Shown here: positions 8,235-17,486 of the stretch, one piece after another
Numbering within the stretch: position 1 is the stretch's first letter
Layout of the letters: each line of letters begins with the position of its first letter
DNA from: a virus
Taxonomy: Duplodnaviria > Caudoviricetes
Strand: one strand, 5' to 3'
DNA: 64,000 nt
IMG/VR virus record: IMGVR_UViG_3300042507_004311
Span: 1,796-65,795 of that record
Program-made: the position numbers and the translations under genes
Notes under the pieces: model-generated
What the model was told of the DNA's origin: nothing
Seen by the model: only the letters and a program-made list of their open reading frames with translations
Database searches by the model: none

Positions 8235-9260
8235 ATGCCATTTAAGAATGAACACGCATCAAGACAAACAGACCCCCAACAATACAAAGAGTTCAGACGC
8301 TACCAACCTAAAGGGTTTCCCAAGGGCGTATCTGTAATCTTAGGTATTGATGACAAGGGTAAAACTGAGATTCAAAGTATTCGAGCAAACAAAGATGATA
8401 TGTCACCATCTCAATTTAAACAGTGGTTGAAAGATCATGATTTCAAAGATGAAGTAGAAGAAGCCCAACTTGAGAAGGGTAATTACTTCGCTACTTGGAT
8501 TCCATTCACTACATTATCCAAAGCTAAAAAGGACGATGAACAGGATATTATGGATGACAGTGTGGGCATGATTGCGGGGATCGTATCCACGGATGACATG
8601 GACTTTGAGGGGGAAAAGATTAATCAAAGCGGGCTTGATTGGTCATATTTCCTAAAAAATGGGTGGTTCAATCATGAACATCGCCCCGGCCCTGAAGCGG
8701 TATTAGGTCACCCTACAAAGATTGAAAAGGTGGATGATCACAAGACCCGTGTAGAGGGCAAACTTTACCTATCTAAACCCCTTGCCAAAGAGTGCTATGA
8801 TACAGCGGTAGCAATGCAAAAAGCGGGCGGGGAACGTTGTTTAGGTTTCTCTATTGAGGGGAAGATCACACTACGCGACCCCATTCAACCTAAGAAGGTG
8901 CTTAAAGCGAATGTTATCAATGTTGCTATCACATCGCACCCCGTCAACCCTAATACAAATTTAGAAGTTATTGCCAAGTCAATGAGCATAGGATATCAAG
9001 AGGCTACAATTCCAGATGCAGACGCCTCTATGAGTGCATTGGTAGAACAATCACTTGAACAAAAAGTATCAAACGCAACATATGGAAACACCGATAAAAA
9101 GAACACTAATCAAAAAAGAATGATTAGTAAAGAAGCCTTGAAAAACAAGCTAAAAGAACACTTTAGCGACTATACCAACGAAGAACTTGAACGATTGATG
9201 AACTTGATCATTGAATCGGCAAAAAACAAAAGTCAAGAAAAACTAAGAGATTATGAGTAA
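8235..9260 (+). CDS. Prohead (maturation) protease
   Basis: 'GIVSTDDMDFEGE', 'GWFNHEH', 'LGFSIEG' and 'NVAITSHPVNP' are HK97/Twort-type protease motifs; upstream of scaffold and MCP; extra ~80-aa N-terminal domain. Confidence 0.9.
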   Translation: MPFKNEHASRQTDPQQYKEFRRYQPKGFPKGVSVILGIDDKGKTEIQSIRANKDDMSPSQFKQWLKDHDFKDEVEEAQLEKGNYFATWIPFTTLSKAKKDDEQDIMDDSVGMIAGIVSTDDMDFEGEKINQSGLDWSYFLKNGWFNHEHRPGPEAVLGHPTKIEKVDDHKTRVEGKLYLSKPLAKECYDTAVAMQKAGGERCLGFSIEGKITLRDPIQPKKVLKANVINVAITSHPVNPNTNLEVIAKSMSIGYQEATIPDADASMSALVEQSLEQKVSNATYGNTDKKNTNQKRMISKEALKNKLKEHFSDYTNEELERLMNLIIESAKNKSQEKLRDYE

Positions 9261-9316
9261 AAAGTTTGAAAAATACTTTGAACTCTAAAACAATGATCTA
9301 TATAGGAGATTTTACG

Positions 9317-10024
9317 ATGAACAACGATTTAATCAAGCACCTTATGAATAAAGGTATGTCTGAGGCTGATGCTATTAACATCGCCCAAGACTTTAACGCT
9401 GAATCTGTCAATGTTGACGATTTAACAAACGCCCTTGATAGTTTATCTAAGGCGATGAAGATGGACGATCAAGACCAAATGAAAGCCAAGAAAGCAAAGA
9501 AGGCCAAAACTCAAGGTTCTTTGTTTGAAAAAGGTGATGAAGATGGTTCTTCTTCTGAAGATGGTTCTTCTTCTGAAGAAGAAGAAGATGAAGATGAAGA
9601 TGAAGATGATGACAAGATGGAAAAAGCCATGAAAGAAATGGCAAAGGGTACAGACGCCATTTTAGACGCCATGGATAAACAATATAAGGCGATGATGAAG
9701 GCCGTTGAAGCATGTACAAAAGAACTCAAAGCCATGAAAGAAAACGGCAATGGGAAAATGCAACAAATGGAAAAATCTTTAAGCCGTGCTTTACTTGAAC
9801 CTGTTGCACCTACTTCTATCAATTTCAATAAGATTCCATATATCGAACAACCAAAAGCACAAGCCTTCACAACTCAAGATGTTATGAACAAGGCTTTGTC
9901 ATTGGTTAAGAGTGAAAATGATTGGTCAAGAAAAGCTGAATTGACTAGCGCAATTTCCCGCTTAAGTGCTGGCGTCAATCCTCAAGACATCATCACCGAA
10001 TACAACATTAACATGAGTAAATAG
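9317..10024 (+). CDS. Probable scaffolding protein
   Basis: ATG at 9317 with AGGAG RBS. Acidic/coiled-coil protein between protease and MCP, with many K[AS] sites. Confidence 0.7.
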   Translation: MNNDLIKHLMNKGMSEADAINIAQDFNAESVNVDDLTNALDSLSKAMKMDDQDQMKAKKAKKAKTQGSLFEKGDEDGSSSEDGSSSEEEEDEDEDEDDDKMEKAMKEMAKGTDAILDAMDKQYKAMMKAVEACTKELKAMKENGNGKMQQMEKSLSRALLEPVAPTSINFNKIPYIEQPKAQAFTTQDVMNKALSLVKSENDWSRKAELTSAISRLSAGVNPQDIITEYNINMSK

Positions 10025-10038
10025 TAAAGAGAGTAAAA

Positions 10039-11469
10039 ATGAGTTTCAATTCATTAAACATTCCACAAGCAAACGGGCTTGTTTCTGCTGCTGATTTAGC
10101 CGAATTAAATAGCGCACTTCGTAAATCTGCGACTGTTGGATATCAAACCCCCGCCGGTACTTCTGGCGGTGATACAGGTTCTTTAAGTCCATTAGTTCCA
10201 CAAAGCATTGAAAACATTCTAGCAAGTGCAACTTATAGCATGAAACAATTGGCTTTGTGGCCTGCTATGCCAAAAGTATCTGTGACCAATACTTTACATG
10301 AATACGCTGTTGTAAATTCTCATGGTTTAGACCTTGATCCATTTATTAGCGAAGGTTCTGCCGGTACTACCAACCGTTCTGAATATCAAAGAAAATCAAT
10401 CCGTATCAAGTATTTAGCTGAAAGACGCGAAGTCACCGATGTTGGTACACTTGTTGGCTTGATTGGTGCTAATCAAAATGCGATCGCTTTAGAAACTGAA
10501 CGTGGTACATTGTCTTTACTTGGTAAACTCGAAAAATCTTTGTTCCATGCTAAAGAAAGCAACAATTCATTACATTTTGATGGTATTATTCATCAAATTG
10601 AGTCATATAACAGTGGTTCAAATGTGTTTGATGCTCGTGGTGCAAGTCCATCCCCAAGACTTTTACAAGAAATCTTAGCTAAACTTTATTCTGCTCCTTT
10701 ATATGGTACTCCTGACTGTATCTATGTCACCCCTGACATTCATGGTGAATTGATTAAGTTTGCTGTTCAATTTGGCCGTCATGATCAATTGGTACTTACT
10801 CAAAGTTCTGGTATTACATACGGTACTCAAGAAATTTCTATCATGGGACCCGTTGGCCCCGTACCTGTTAAGAGCGCCCCATTCTTATCAAACAATGCAA
10901 AAGCTCCAACTTCTGCAAGTGGTACAACAAGCGCCCCCGCAACTCCTACTTTGACTTCTGCGGTCGTTGCTAGTGATTCCGCCTCTCAATTCGTTGCCAA
11001 TGATGCGGGTGATTATTTCTACAAGGTTGTAGCAATGAATAACAGTGGTTATTCTGCCCCTGTAACCTCTGCATCTAAGACTGTTGCGGCCGGTGAAAAG
11101 GTAACTTTGACCATTGCACAACAATCTGATGCTGTATATTTCAAGATTTTTAGAACCCCTGTTGATCGTCCTGCAAGTGAAGCCGTCTTGATTGATGAAA
11201 TCTCTGCAAATGTTGGCGGTGCTACTGTTTGGGTTGATCGCAATGAAAACATTCCTAACGGTCATAAGATTGTATTTGTTCAACATTCTTCTGAGATTAT
11301 GGAATTTGCCAAGTTGCTTGATTTCTTTAGACGCCCACTTGCCGAAGTTCAAACTAGCAAGCCTTTCTTACTCATGCTTTTTGGTTCACCTATTGTCAAA
11401 GTGCCTTCAAAGTGTTGGGTTGTAAAGAATGTTCGTGTTGGTGCAAGTTTGATTGAAACTTTAGGTTAA
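10039..11469 (+). CDS. Major capsid protein (Twort/SPO1-like)
   Basis: N-terminal 'ALRKSATVGYQT...LVPQSIE', 'HEYAVVNSHG', 'LHFDGI', and an inserted Ig/FN3-like segment 'YFYKVVAMNNSGYSAP'; position; strong codon bias. Confidence 0.92.
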   Translation: MSFNSLNIPQANGLVSAADLAELNSALRKSATVGYQTPAGTSGGDTGSLSPLVPQSIENILASATYSMKQLALWPAMPKVSVTNTLHEYAVVNSHGLDLDPFISEGSAGTTNRSEYQRKSIRIKYLAERREVTDVGTLVGLIGANQNAIALETERGTLSLLGKLEKSLFHAKESNNSLHFDGIIHQIESYNSGSNVFDARGASPSPRLLQEILAKLYSAPLYGTPDCIYVTPDIHGELIKFAVQFGRHDQLVLTQSSGITYGTQEISIMGPVGPVPVKSAPFLSNNAKAPTSASGTTSAPATPTLTSAVVASDSASQFVANDAGDYFYKVVAMNNSGYSAPVTSASKTVAAGEKVTLTIAQQSDAVYFKIFRTPVDRPASEAVLIDEISANVGGATVWVDRNENIPNGHKIVFVQHSSEIMEFAKLLDFFRRPLAEVQTSKPFLLMLFGSPIVKVPSKCWVVKNVRVGASLIETLG

Positions 11470-11521
11470 TTGAGTAACTAAGAATATAAATATCAAAATA
11501 TCTTATTGAATATGTTATCAT

Positions 11522-11554
11522 AAGGGCATAGATTAATGATCTAATGCCCTTTTT
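11522..11554 (+). terminator. Intrinsic terminator after MCP
   Basis: aagggcatagat..atctaatgccctt stem followed by a T-run. Confidence 0.7.
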
Positions 11555-11583
11555 GTATTGGCACTAGATAAAAGGTTGCCCTT

Positions 11584-12552
11584 ATGAGTACTACAACTTT
11601 ACTAGATATTATCACGCCCGATTATCTCAAGAAAACCTCTTTACTAGGCGTTGACTTGACCACAGACGACGGCGCGCCTTTTCCTAATGAGATTTATGAA
11701 ACATCAATTCAAGCATCTATACAACATATTGAAAACGATATAGGTATCAATTTAGAACCGTTTAAGGTATCACAAGAAACGCATGACGCTGAAAGACAAG
11801 GGCGATTCTCTTATTGGCCTATGAAACTTGATTATCGCCCCATCGTATCTATTGATAAGGTTCGTATTAGATTCGGGTCGTTTCAACCTGTTGATCTTCC
11901 TGTATCATGGATTCGTATGGTTTCGGCAATTCATGGGCAAATGCACATCATCCCATCTCAAGAGAGTTTAGGATCATATTTTTTTACGGCGGGGATGCCT
12001 ATTTTAGGGAATTATGGGATTTTCTATGAAGGGCGTGACTTTATCCCCGGCTACTTTGAATTTGATTACACAGCGGGATTTGAGACAAGAAAAGAAACTA
12101 TCACATTTCCGGCGGGGCAAACACAATTTACAGTGAATTTAAGTAAACATTGTTTCTTAAAATATCGCATCGCTTTAACCTTGCCTAGTGGTATAACAGG
12201 CAAAGCCATCACATTGGGACAAGATTCTTTTGTGATAGAGTTAAACACCGCCCCCGTAACAGATATTCAGATAACTTATCTACTTGATACCTTACCAAGT
12301 GACATTAAGCATATGATCACATTGAAGGCCTCAAGTAACATGATTTTACAAGTAGCGGGGGATTTGATTCTTGGTGCGGGTATTGCCTCAAGTTCTATTG
12401 GGATTGATGGCTTATCTCAAAGTATTCAAACCACCTCTTCCGCTATGTACTCGGGCTATTCTTCTCGCGTGGATTACTATGAAAAACAGTATGACACACT
12501 AAAGAAAGCGGTAAAAGCTCAGTACAAGATCAACCAATTTGGAGTAATTTAA
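11584..12552 (+). CDS. Head-tail adaptor / neck protein
   Basis: Position after MCP; C-terminal 'GDLILGAGIASSSIGIDGLSQSIQTTSSAMYSGY' as in Twort-like neck proteins. Confidence 0.75.
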   Translation: MSTTTLLDIITPDYLKKTSLLGVDLTTDDGAPFPNEIYETSIQASIQHIENDIGINLEPFKVSQETHDAERQGRFSYWPMKLDYRPIVSIDKVRIRFGSFQPVDLPVSWIRMVSAIHGQMHIIPSQESLGSYFFTAGMPILGNYGIFYEGRDFIPGYFEFDYTAGFETRKETITFPAGQTQFTVNLSKHCFLKYRIALTLPSGITGKAITLGQDSFVIELNTAPVTDIQITYLLDTLPSDIKHMITLKASSNMILQVAGDLILGAGIASSSIGIDGLSQSIQTTSSAMYSGYSSRVDYYEKQYDTLKKAVKAQYKINQFGVI

Positions 12553-12553
12553 A

Positions 12554-13381
12554 ATGACTACTATCAACCCTAGAGTTCCTACAAAATTACGCCCCCGCGT
12601 GGATTGGCTAAATGAAGAGTTTAGAAAGCAATTCTTTACAAGATCAATGCTTGTATCTTGGGAAATGTGCGCTGAATGTCCATGTTCAAACAAAGGCGAC
12701 AATTTAATCTTAGATTTACCAGATATCAACGCAAACTTAGAGAAACATGGTGAAGTTCGCTCAGATTGTCAACTATGTAAAGGGATTGGCTATTTTTGGC
12801 ATAGTAAACAAGACACTAGAGCTTTGATCACAAGCGCAAGTTCTGATGAATCAAGATTTCATGAATATGGGGAATATGCTCGTGGGATGGTCAACATTAC
12901 TCTACTACCTGAAACACTGCCTTCTTTCGGTGATCGTTTTACAATGGTAGATTCTAGCATGATTTTTAAGGAAACTAGGACACGCAAGGCGGGGGCGGTG
13001 CAATCACTAAGAAATCCAATCGTTCCCCGTGTACTAGATACACAAGGCGGGGCAACAACGCTTAGGGTGCTTCATCTACATGTTGCCAATAGCACAGGTT
13101 TAGGCGTGGTCAATGGTGAATTGCTTGAGGGCGTTGACTTTGATGTCAATGTAAATGGTGATATTGATTTCTCTAAGGGCGATTTGAATGGTAAAGCCCC
13201 CTCCGTGGGCGTTCGTTTCTCTATTGCCTATTATGGTCATCCTCGTTACTATGTTGCTGACAACCCCCATACACATAGAGATTCTAGGTATGTACGCAAA
13301 TCAACAGATGAACAAATTCGCTTGATGCCTGTTCAATGTAAGGCAACCTTAGAATTTATGGGGGCGGGTTTAAATGGTTGA
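12554..13381 (+). CDS. Neck / head-closure protein
   Basis: 'WEMCAECPC...CQLCKGIGY' Cys motif typical of the Twort-like neck protein; synteny. Confidence 0.7.
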   Translation: MTTINPRVPTKLRPRVDWLNEEFRKQFFTRSMLVSWEMCAECPCSNKGDNLILDLPDINANLEKHGEVRSDCQLCKGIGYFWHSKQDTRALITSASSDESRFHEYGEYARGMVNITLLPETLPSFGDRFTMVDSSMIFKETRTRKAGAVQSLRNPIVPRVLDTQGGATTLRVLHLHVANSTGLGVVNGELLEGVDFDVNVNGDIDFSKGDLNGKAPSVGVRFSIAYYGHPRYYVADNPHTHRDSRYVRKSTDEQIRLMPVQCKATLEFMGAGLNG

Positions 13382-14156
13382 CATTAAAAAGTTGTCGATC
13401 GTTGACTTGATCAACGGATTAGGCTTATCACAAACAGATCAAAAGAAGCGTTCAAGACAATTGGCGGATTTGATTCTTGCTGAATGGTCGGCTGAGGCGC
13501 GTAGTTCCCTTAAAGGCAATGTTCAACAAAGCTATCTACGATCTTTATCTATAAATCAAGCGGATGAACATGGCATCTCTGTATCTTTACCTAAGCCGGG
13601 GCAAAGCGCAACACTTGCCCTTATGTATGAGTTAGGCATGGGACCCGGTGGCATTGGCACAACAGGGCCGTATGACATGAGAAAATTTATGTTACAAGAG
13701 AAAACTAGAAACATACGACGGGATAAAAAGGGCAATTTATACTTGAATGTTCCCTTTAAAAAGAGCGCTCAGAAACTACAATCTGAGAATGAAGATGTTT
13801 ATAAGAAAGCTAAGAAACTCACCCCTATGATTTCTTTTCATGCAAATGCGGGGAATGTCACGCCCCAAGGTAGCCCAAGAGGTGCAAAAGGTAGCCAATT
13901 ACCTAGGGGTTTAGTCCCCAAGAAAGCGCCCCATCATGCCGTGGATATCTATGCAAATATGAGAAGGCAAGCTAGTACATATTCAAATAAGCAAGGTAAA
14001 CCAGTGACACAGACAAGCGGGTACATTACTTGGCGTAGGATGACTATTAATCAAAAGCCCCCTAAGTGGATGCACCCCGGCATCAAGCCTTTAAATTTGG
14101 CGGATCGTGTTTTTAATGTACTACCTCAACTAATTGATGAAGTGTATGGAGTATAA
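13374..14156 (+). CDS. Neck / tail-completion protein
   Basis: Basic protein, 'LYLNVPF', 'YITWRRM...KWMHPG'; synteny. Confidence 0.6.
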   Translation: MVDIKKLSIVDLINGLGLSQTDQKKRSRQLADLILAEWSAEARSSLKGNVQQSYLRSLSINQADEHGISVSLPKPGQSATLALMYELGMGPGGIGTTGPYDMRKFMLQEKTRNIRRDKKGNLYLNVPFKKSAQKLQSENEDVYKKAKKLTPMISFHANAGNVTPQGSPRGAKGSQLPRGLVPKKAPHHAVDIYANMRRQASTYSNKQGKPVTQTSGYITWRRMTINQKPPKWMHPGIKPLNLADRVFNVLPQLIDEVYGV

Positions 14157-14159
14157 TCT

Positions 14160-14804
14160 ATGTTTGATCTATTACTACTTGAAACCCTACATAATGGGTT
14201 TGAATACTACCTACAAAACAAGAGTGCTTTTAAAGCGTTATTCTTTGGTTTAAAGGATGCCACGCTTGAATCGTGGTTTAGTTTATTTGTTGCTCAAAAG
14301 CCTGTATTTCGTGCAAGATATGCACAAGGCACAGCGCAAGCCCCCATGATCACCGTTTTAACAGGTCAAGAGGATGTACAAGATAAATTCATGGGAAAAA
14401 CTGAATATAGAGATACCGACGGGCGTTTAGTCGTGGGTTACAATGTTTCAGAAAATGCCCAAGTTGTCATCCTTGCTAAATCCCCTGAACTTGCTAGAAT
14501 TTATTTCATTGTATTGCGTGCTTGCTTTGAACAAGGTGCAAGAGCAATTATGAAAGCGGGGTACTCTCAAACAGCTTATGAAGGGACTACGCTACTTGAT
14601 CCAGAAGAAGAACTATCTAGTGAAGAACTTGGTATATATGTACGTAAGATGAACTTTAGTGCAAGCTATCCCGTTCAAATCAAATTAACTAAAGATGCAG
14701 AGTTTGGGGATCAACCCACATACTCAAGTATTGATGATTTGCTGATTTTAGCAAGCGATCAAGAGAAGAATGGTATCAAGGGCGGGGTTATACCTGAAAA
14801 TTAA
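14160..14804 (+). CDS. Probable tail terminator protein
   Basis: 214 aa, immediately upstream of sheath (synteny only). Confidence 0.55.
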   Translation: MFDLLLLETLHNGFEYYLQNKSAFKALFFGLKDATLESWFSLFVAQKPVFRARYAQGTAQAPMITVLTGQEDVQDKFMGKTEYRDTDGRLVVGYNVSENAQVVILAKSPELARIYFIVLRACFEQGARAIMKAGYSQTAYEGTTLLDPEEELSSEELGIYVRKMNFSASYPVQIKLTKDAEFGDQPTYSSIDDLLILASDQEKNGIKGGVIPEN

Positions 14805-14869
14805 GAAAAACTACAAAAACAAGTATGAAATATTTTATACTATGAAAGAAAGATAATAGGAGTTTACAC

Positions 14870-16810
14870 ATGCCAAGTTCTTTAAACCTCAATGGCCTTA
14901 AAATCTATAAACCCGGCGTTTATGCAACAGTCGATGCAAGCGCTTTAGGTGGTCAAAATACAAGCACAGGCAATGTTTGCCTAGTTGGTGCTTTTCCAAG
15001 TTTTGAAGCTGACAATCCGCTGACCTTTACAAGCGCAGGAGCGCTAAGGGATTATGACAGCACAGACAAAGAATTAGCACTACTTGGTAAACTTGCCTTT
15101 GCCCCTAGCGTGGATGCTCGTGTCCCCGCCGGCGTTAATTCATTGACCGTTTTAAATGTTCAAACATGCACACAAGCAAAATATGATCTAGTGAATGATA
15201 ACGCTGATACAGTAGCGACCTTTGAGGCGTCTGTATGGGGAAACAAGGGAAACAACACTTATGTGACTTGTTCTTTTGATGGTGCGTTTGATGTTACTTT
15301 AAATCGTAATGGACTTGCAGAAGAATATTTAAATGTAACAAGTGGCGATGTATGTTCTTTTGAGTATACAGGTACAGCGCTCACAACAGCAAGCCTTGAT
15401 CTTAGTGATACAAATAATCTTGTTATCAATTGGACTAAAACCGTTGATCTTAGTTCAAACAATGCCAGTGTTAACGTTACCGATATGAAAACTGTTGCGG
15501 GGCTTGGCTTCCAATTGGATGAAGCACCAAACGCAAATGTTGTAATTGTGATTAGTGGTTATAATGTTGATGGTGTAGCTAGTACACAAACCATCACTTT
15601 GAGTAATACAACTAAGGTTACAAGTAACGTATTTTCTCAAGTCTATGGGTTATCAATCACCAATACAGCACAAGCCGGCTTAGTACTTACAATTAGCGGG
15701 GTCGCTTTTGATCTTGATCTCTCAACCTTTGAGAGTGCGGGGCATGTTGTGGACTTTGTGAACCAAGCTAGTACAGATTACCATTTTTCCGCCAATTATT
15801 TAGCAAGCAAGTTATATGATGCCACTGTTTTAGATGGGTTTAGACTTGCTCAAAATATCAAGGGCGTTGAGTCTATTGTCACCGCCAATTTACAAGAACT
15901 TATTGACACTTTAGCATCCTCTAAAGTTGTTTCTTTAGTTCGTGTTGGTTCAAGTGCATGTGATGATTTTACCAATATTACAGGGGCTTTTTTACTTGGT
16001 GGAACTCAAACCCTTCCCGTATTAAATGATTGGAAAGCATCTTTAGAACTGATTGAAACAAGTGATATTCAAATCGTAGTACCTTGGTCAAGTGATGTAG
16101 ATGTACATAAGGCAATTCTTGAACATTGCACAAAATCCGCCGTTGCAGGTAGTGAACGTAATGCGTGGGTGGGTGCTAGCGCTAATCAATCAATCACAAA
16201 TATCAAAGATACTTGGGTTAAGGCGTTGAATAATAGAAATATGGCAATCGTTGGGCAAAGTGTAAAAGTCACTAATCCACAAGGCATTATTCAAACCCTT
16301 GAACCTAAGTATCTTGCTTTGATTTGTGCATCTATGCAAGCGGGGACACCTGTATCAACCCCATTGACAAGAAAACGCCCTGATGTGGTTGATGTGCTTG
16401 GTTCATGGATTGCAAATAGAGATGTAACAGATGCAATTAAAGCGGGGATTTGTGCTTTAACTTCCGATAATCAAGGGTGGAGAATTGAACGCTCTGTAAC
16501 TACTTGGATTAAAGACAATAACCCAATTTATTCAGAAGTTTCCGCTAATGAAAGTATCAACACAAGCGTAAGAGATTTGAGAAACGCACTAGATATTTAT
16601 ATAGGTGATAGAAATCTAAATGTAACTAGTGCAAGAATCTTAGGCATTGTTTCCGCCCGCCTTGATCAACAAGTCTTAAATGGTATTATCAAAGCATATA
16701 AGAACATCGTGCTTGAAAACATTGGTGATACTCTCAAAGTAAATTACACAGTAGCAGCAGTAGAACCTTTGAATTTTATTGCAATCACCGCCAGCGTAAG
16801 CAGATTTTAA
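14870..16810 (+). CDS. Tail sheath protein
   Basis: N-terminal 'YKPGVYATVD', 'ASVWGNKGN'; C-terminal 'RIERSVTT', 'VAAVEPLNFIAIT'; 646 aa. Confidence 0.92.
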   Translation: MPSSLNLNGLKIYKPGVYATVDASALGGQNTSTGNVCLVGAFPSFEADNPLTFTSAGALRDYDSTDKELALLGKLAFAPSVDARVPAGVNSLTVLNVQTCTQAKYDLVNDNADTVATFEASVWGNKGNNTYVTCSFDGAFDVTLNRNGLAEEYLNVTSGDVCSFEYTGTALTTASLDLSDTNNLVINWTKTVDLSSNNASVNVTDMKTVAGLGFQLDEAPNANVVIVISGYNVDGVASTQTITLSNTTKVTSNVFSQVYGLSITNTAQAGLVLTISGVAFDLDLSTFESAGHVVDFVNQASTDYHFSANYLASKLYDATVLDGFRLAQNIKGVESIVTANLQELIDTLASSKVVSLVRVGSSACDDFTNITGAFLLGGTQTLPVLNDWKASLELIETSDIQIVVPWSSDVDVHKAILEHCTKSAVAGSERNAWVGASANQSITNIKDTWVKALNNRNMAIVGQSVKVTNPQGIIQTLEPKYLALICASMQAGTPVSTPLTRKRPDVVDVLGSWIANRDVTDAIKAGICALTSDNQGWRIERSVTTWIKDNNPIYSEVSANESINTSVRDLRNALDIYIGDRNLNVTSARILGIVSARLDQQVLNGIIKAYKNIVLENIGDTLKVNYTVAAVEPLNFIAITASVSRF

Positions 16811-16823
16811 AGGAGCTTAGAAA

Positions 16824-17261
16824 ATGGAAAAAGTTTTTAGTGGTGCAAGAGCAAAGCTTTATTTTAACACAGCATTAGGGCAAGTAGAGGCGGGCTTTGC
16901 CACAGGTATTAGCGTTAATGAATCCCACCAATTACAAAGAGTTAATGTACTTGGAAACATTGATTCAGAAGAAATCATTCCTACATCTCGTTCTGTTGAT
17001 GTTCGTTGCGATTTAGTTCGTATTAGCGGGCGTTCACTTCGTCAATTGGGGATTTGGCCTAAAGGTCAAACTGTTGATGTTCTTAGTTTCCCAGAACTCA
17101 CCATTGTTGTCTATGATGGCGTGGAGAATAAGATCGTTGCACAAATTGAAGGGGCAAGATGTGAAACAAGATCATTTCAAGTTCAAGCGGGGGCGGTGGT
17201 TTCTGAGAATGCAAGTTTCCAAGCTAAACGCCTTAAAGATGAAGCTGATTTGACCTTGTAG
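16824..17261 (+). CDS. Tail tube protein
   Basis: 145 aa directly after sheath; 'VNVLGNIDSEEI', 'VSENASFQA'. Confidence 0.85.
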   Translation: MEKVFSGARAKLYFNTALGQVEAGFATGISVNESHQLQRVNVLGNIDSEEIIPTSRSVDVRCDLVRISGRSLRQLGIWPKGQTVDVLSFPELTIVVYDGVENKIVAQIEGARCETRSFQVQAGAVVSENASFQAKRLKDEADLTL

Positions 17262-17270
17262 GATTTGATC

Positions 17271-17486
17271 ATGGATGAACAAACCAATCAAACAACTCTT
17301 AGCGTTCCTAGTGAGGACATTGCACAAATCAAAGACTTGATGCAAGTAACTCAAAACAATGTGCCTTTGGCGCTTGCTATCTTTGCCGTTCTATTGGTTA
17401 ACAAGCTAAAGAATAATCAAGTAAAATCTGAACTTGAAACAAAGATTAATGCGCTTGAGGCACGACTTGACAAATTAGATAAATAA
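17271..17486 (+). CDS. Small membrane/coiled-coil protein
   Basis: One hydrophobic helix (VPLALAIFAVLLV) plus a C-terminal coiled coil. Confidence 0.6.
   Translation: MDEQTNQTTLSVPSEDIAQIKDLMQVTQNNVPLALAIFAVLLVNKLKNNQVKSELETKINALEARLDKLDK

Noticed and set aside
9535-9612. GAAGAT/TCT low-complexity repeats in scaffold (and Q/E/K repeats at 20760-21250)
   Set aside because: Ordinary acidic linker and coiled-coil coding repeats.
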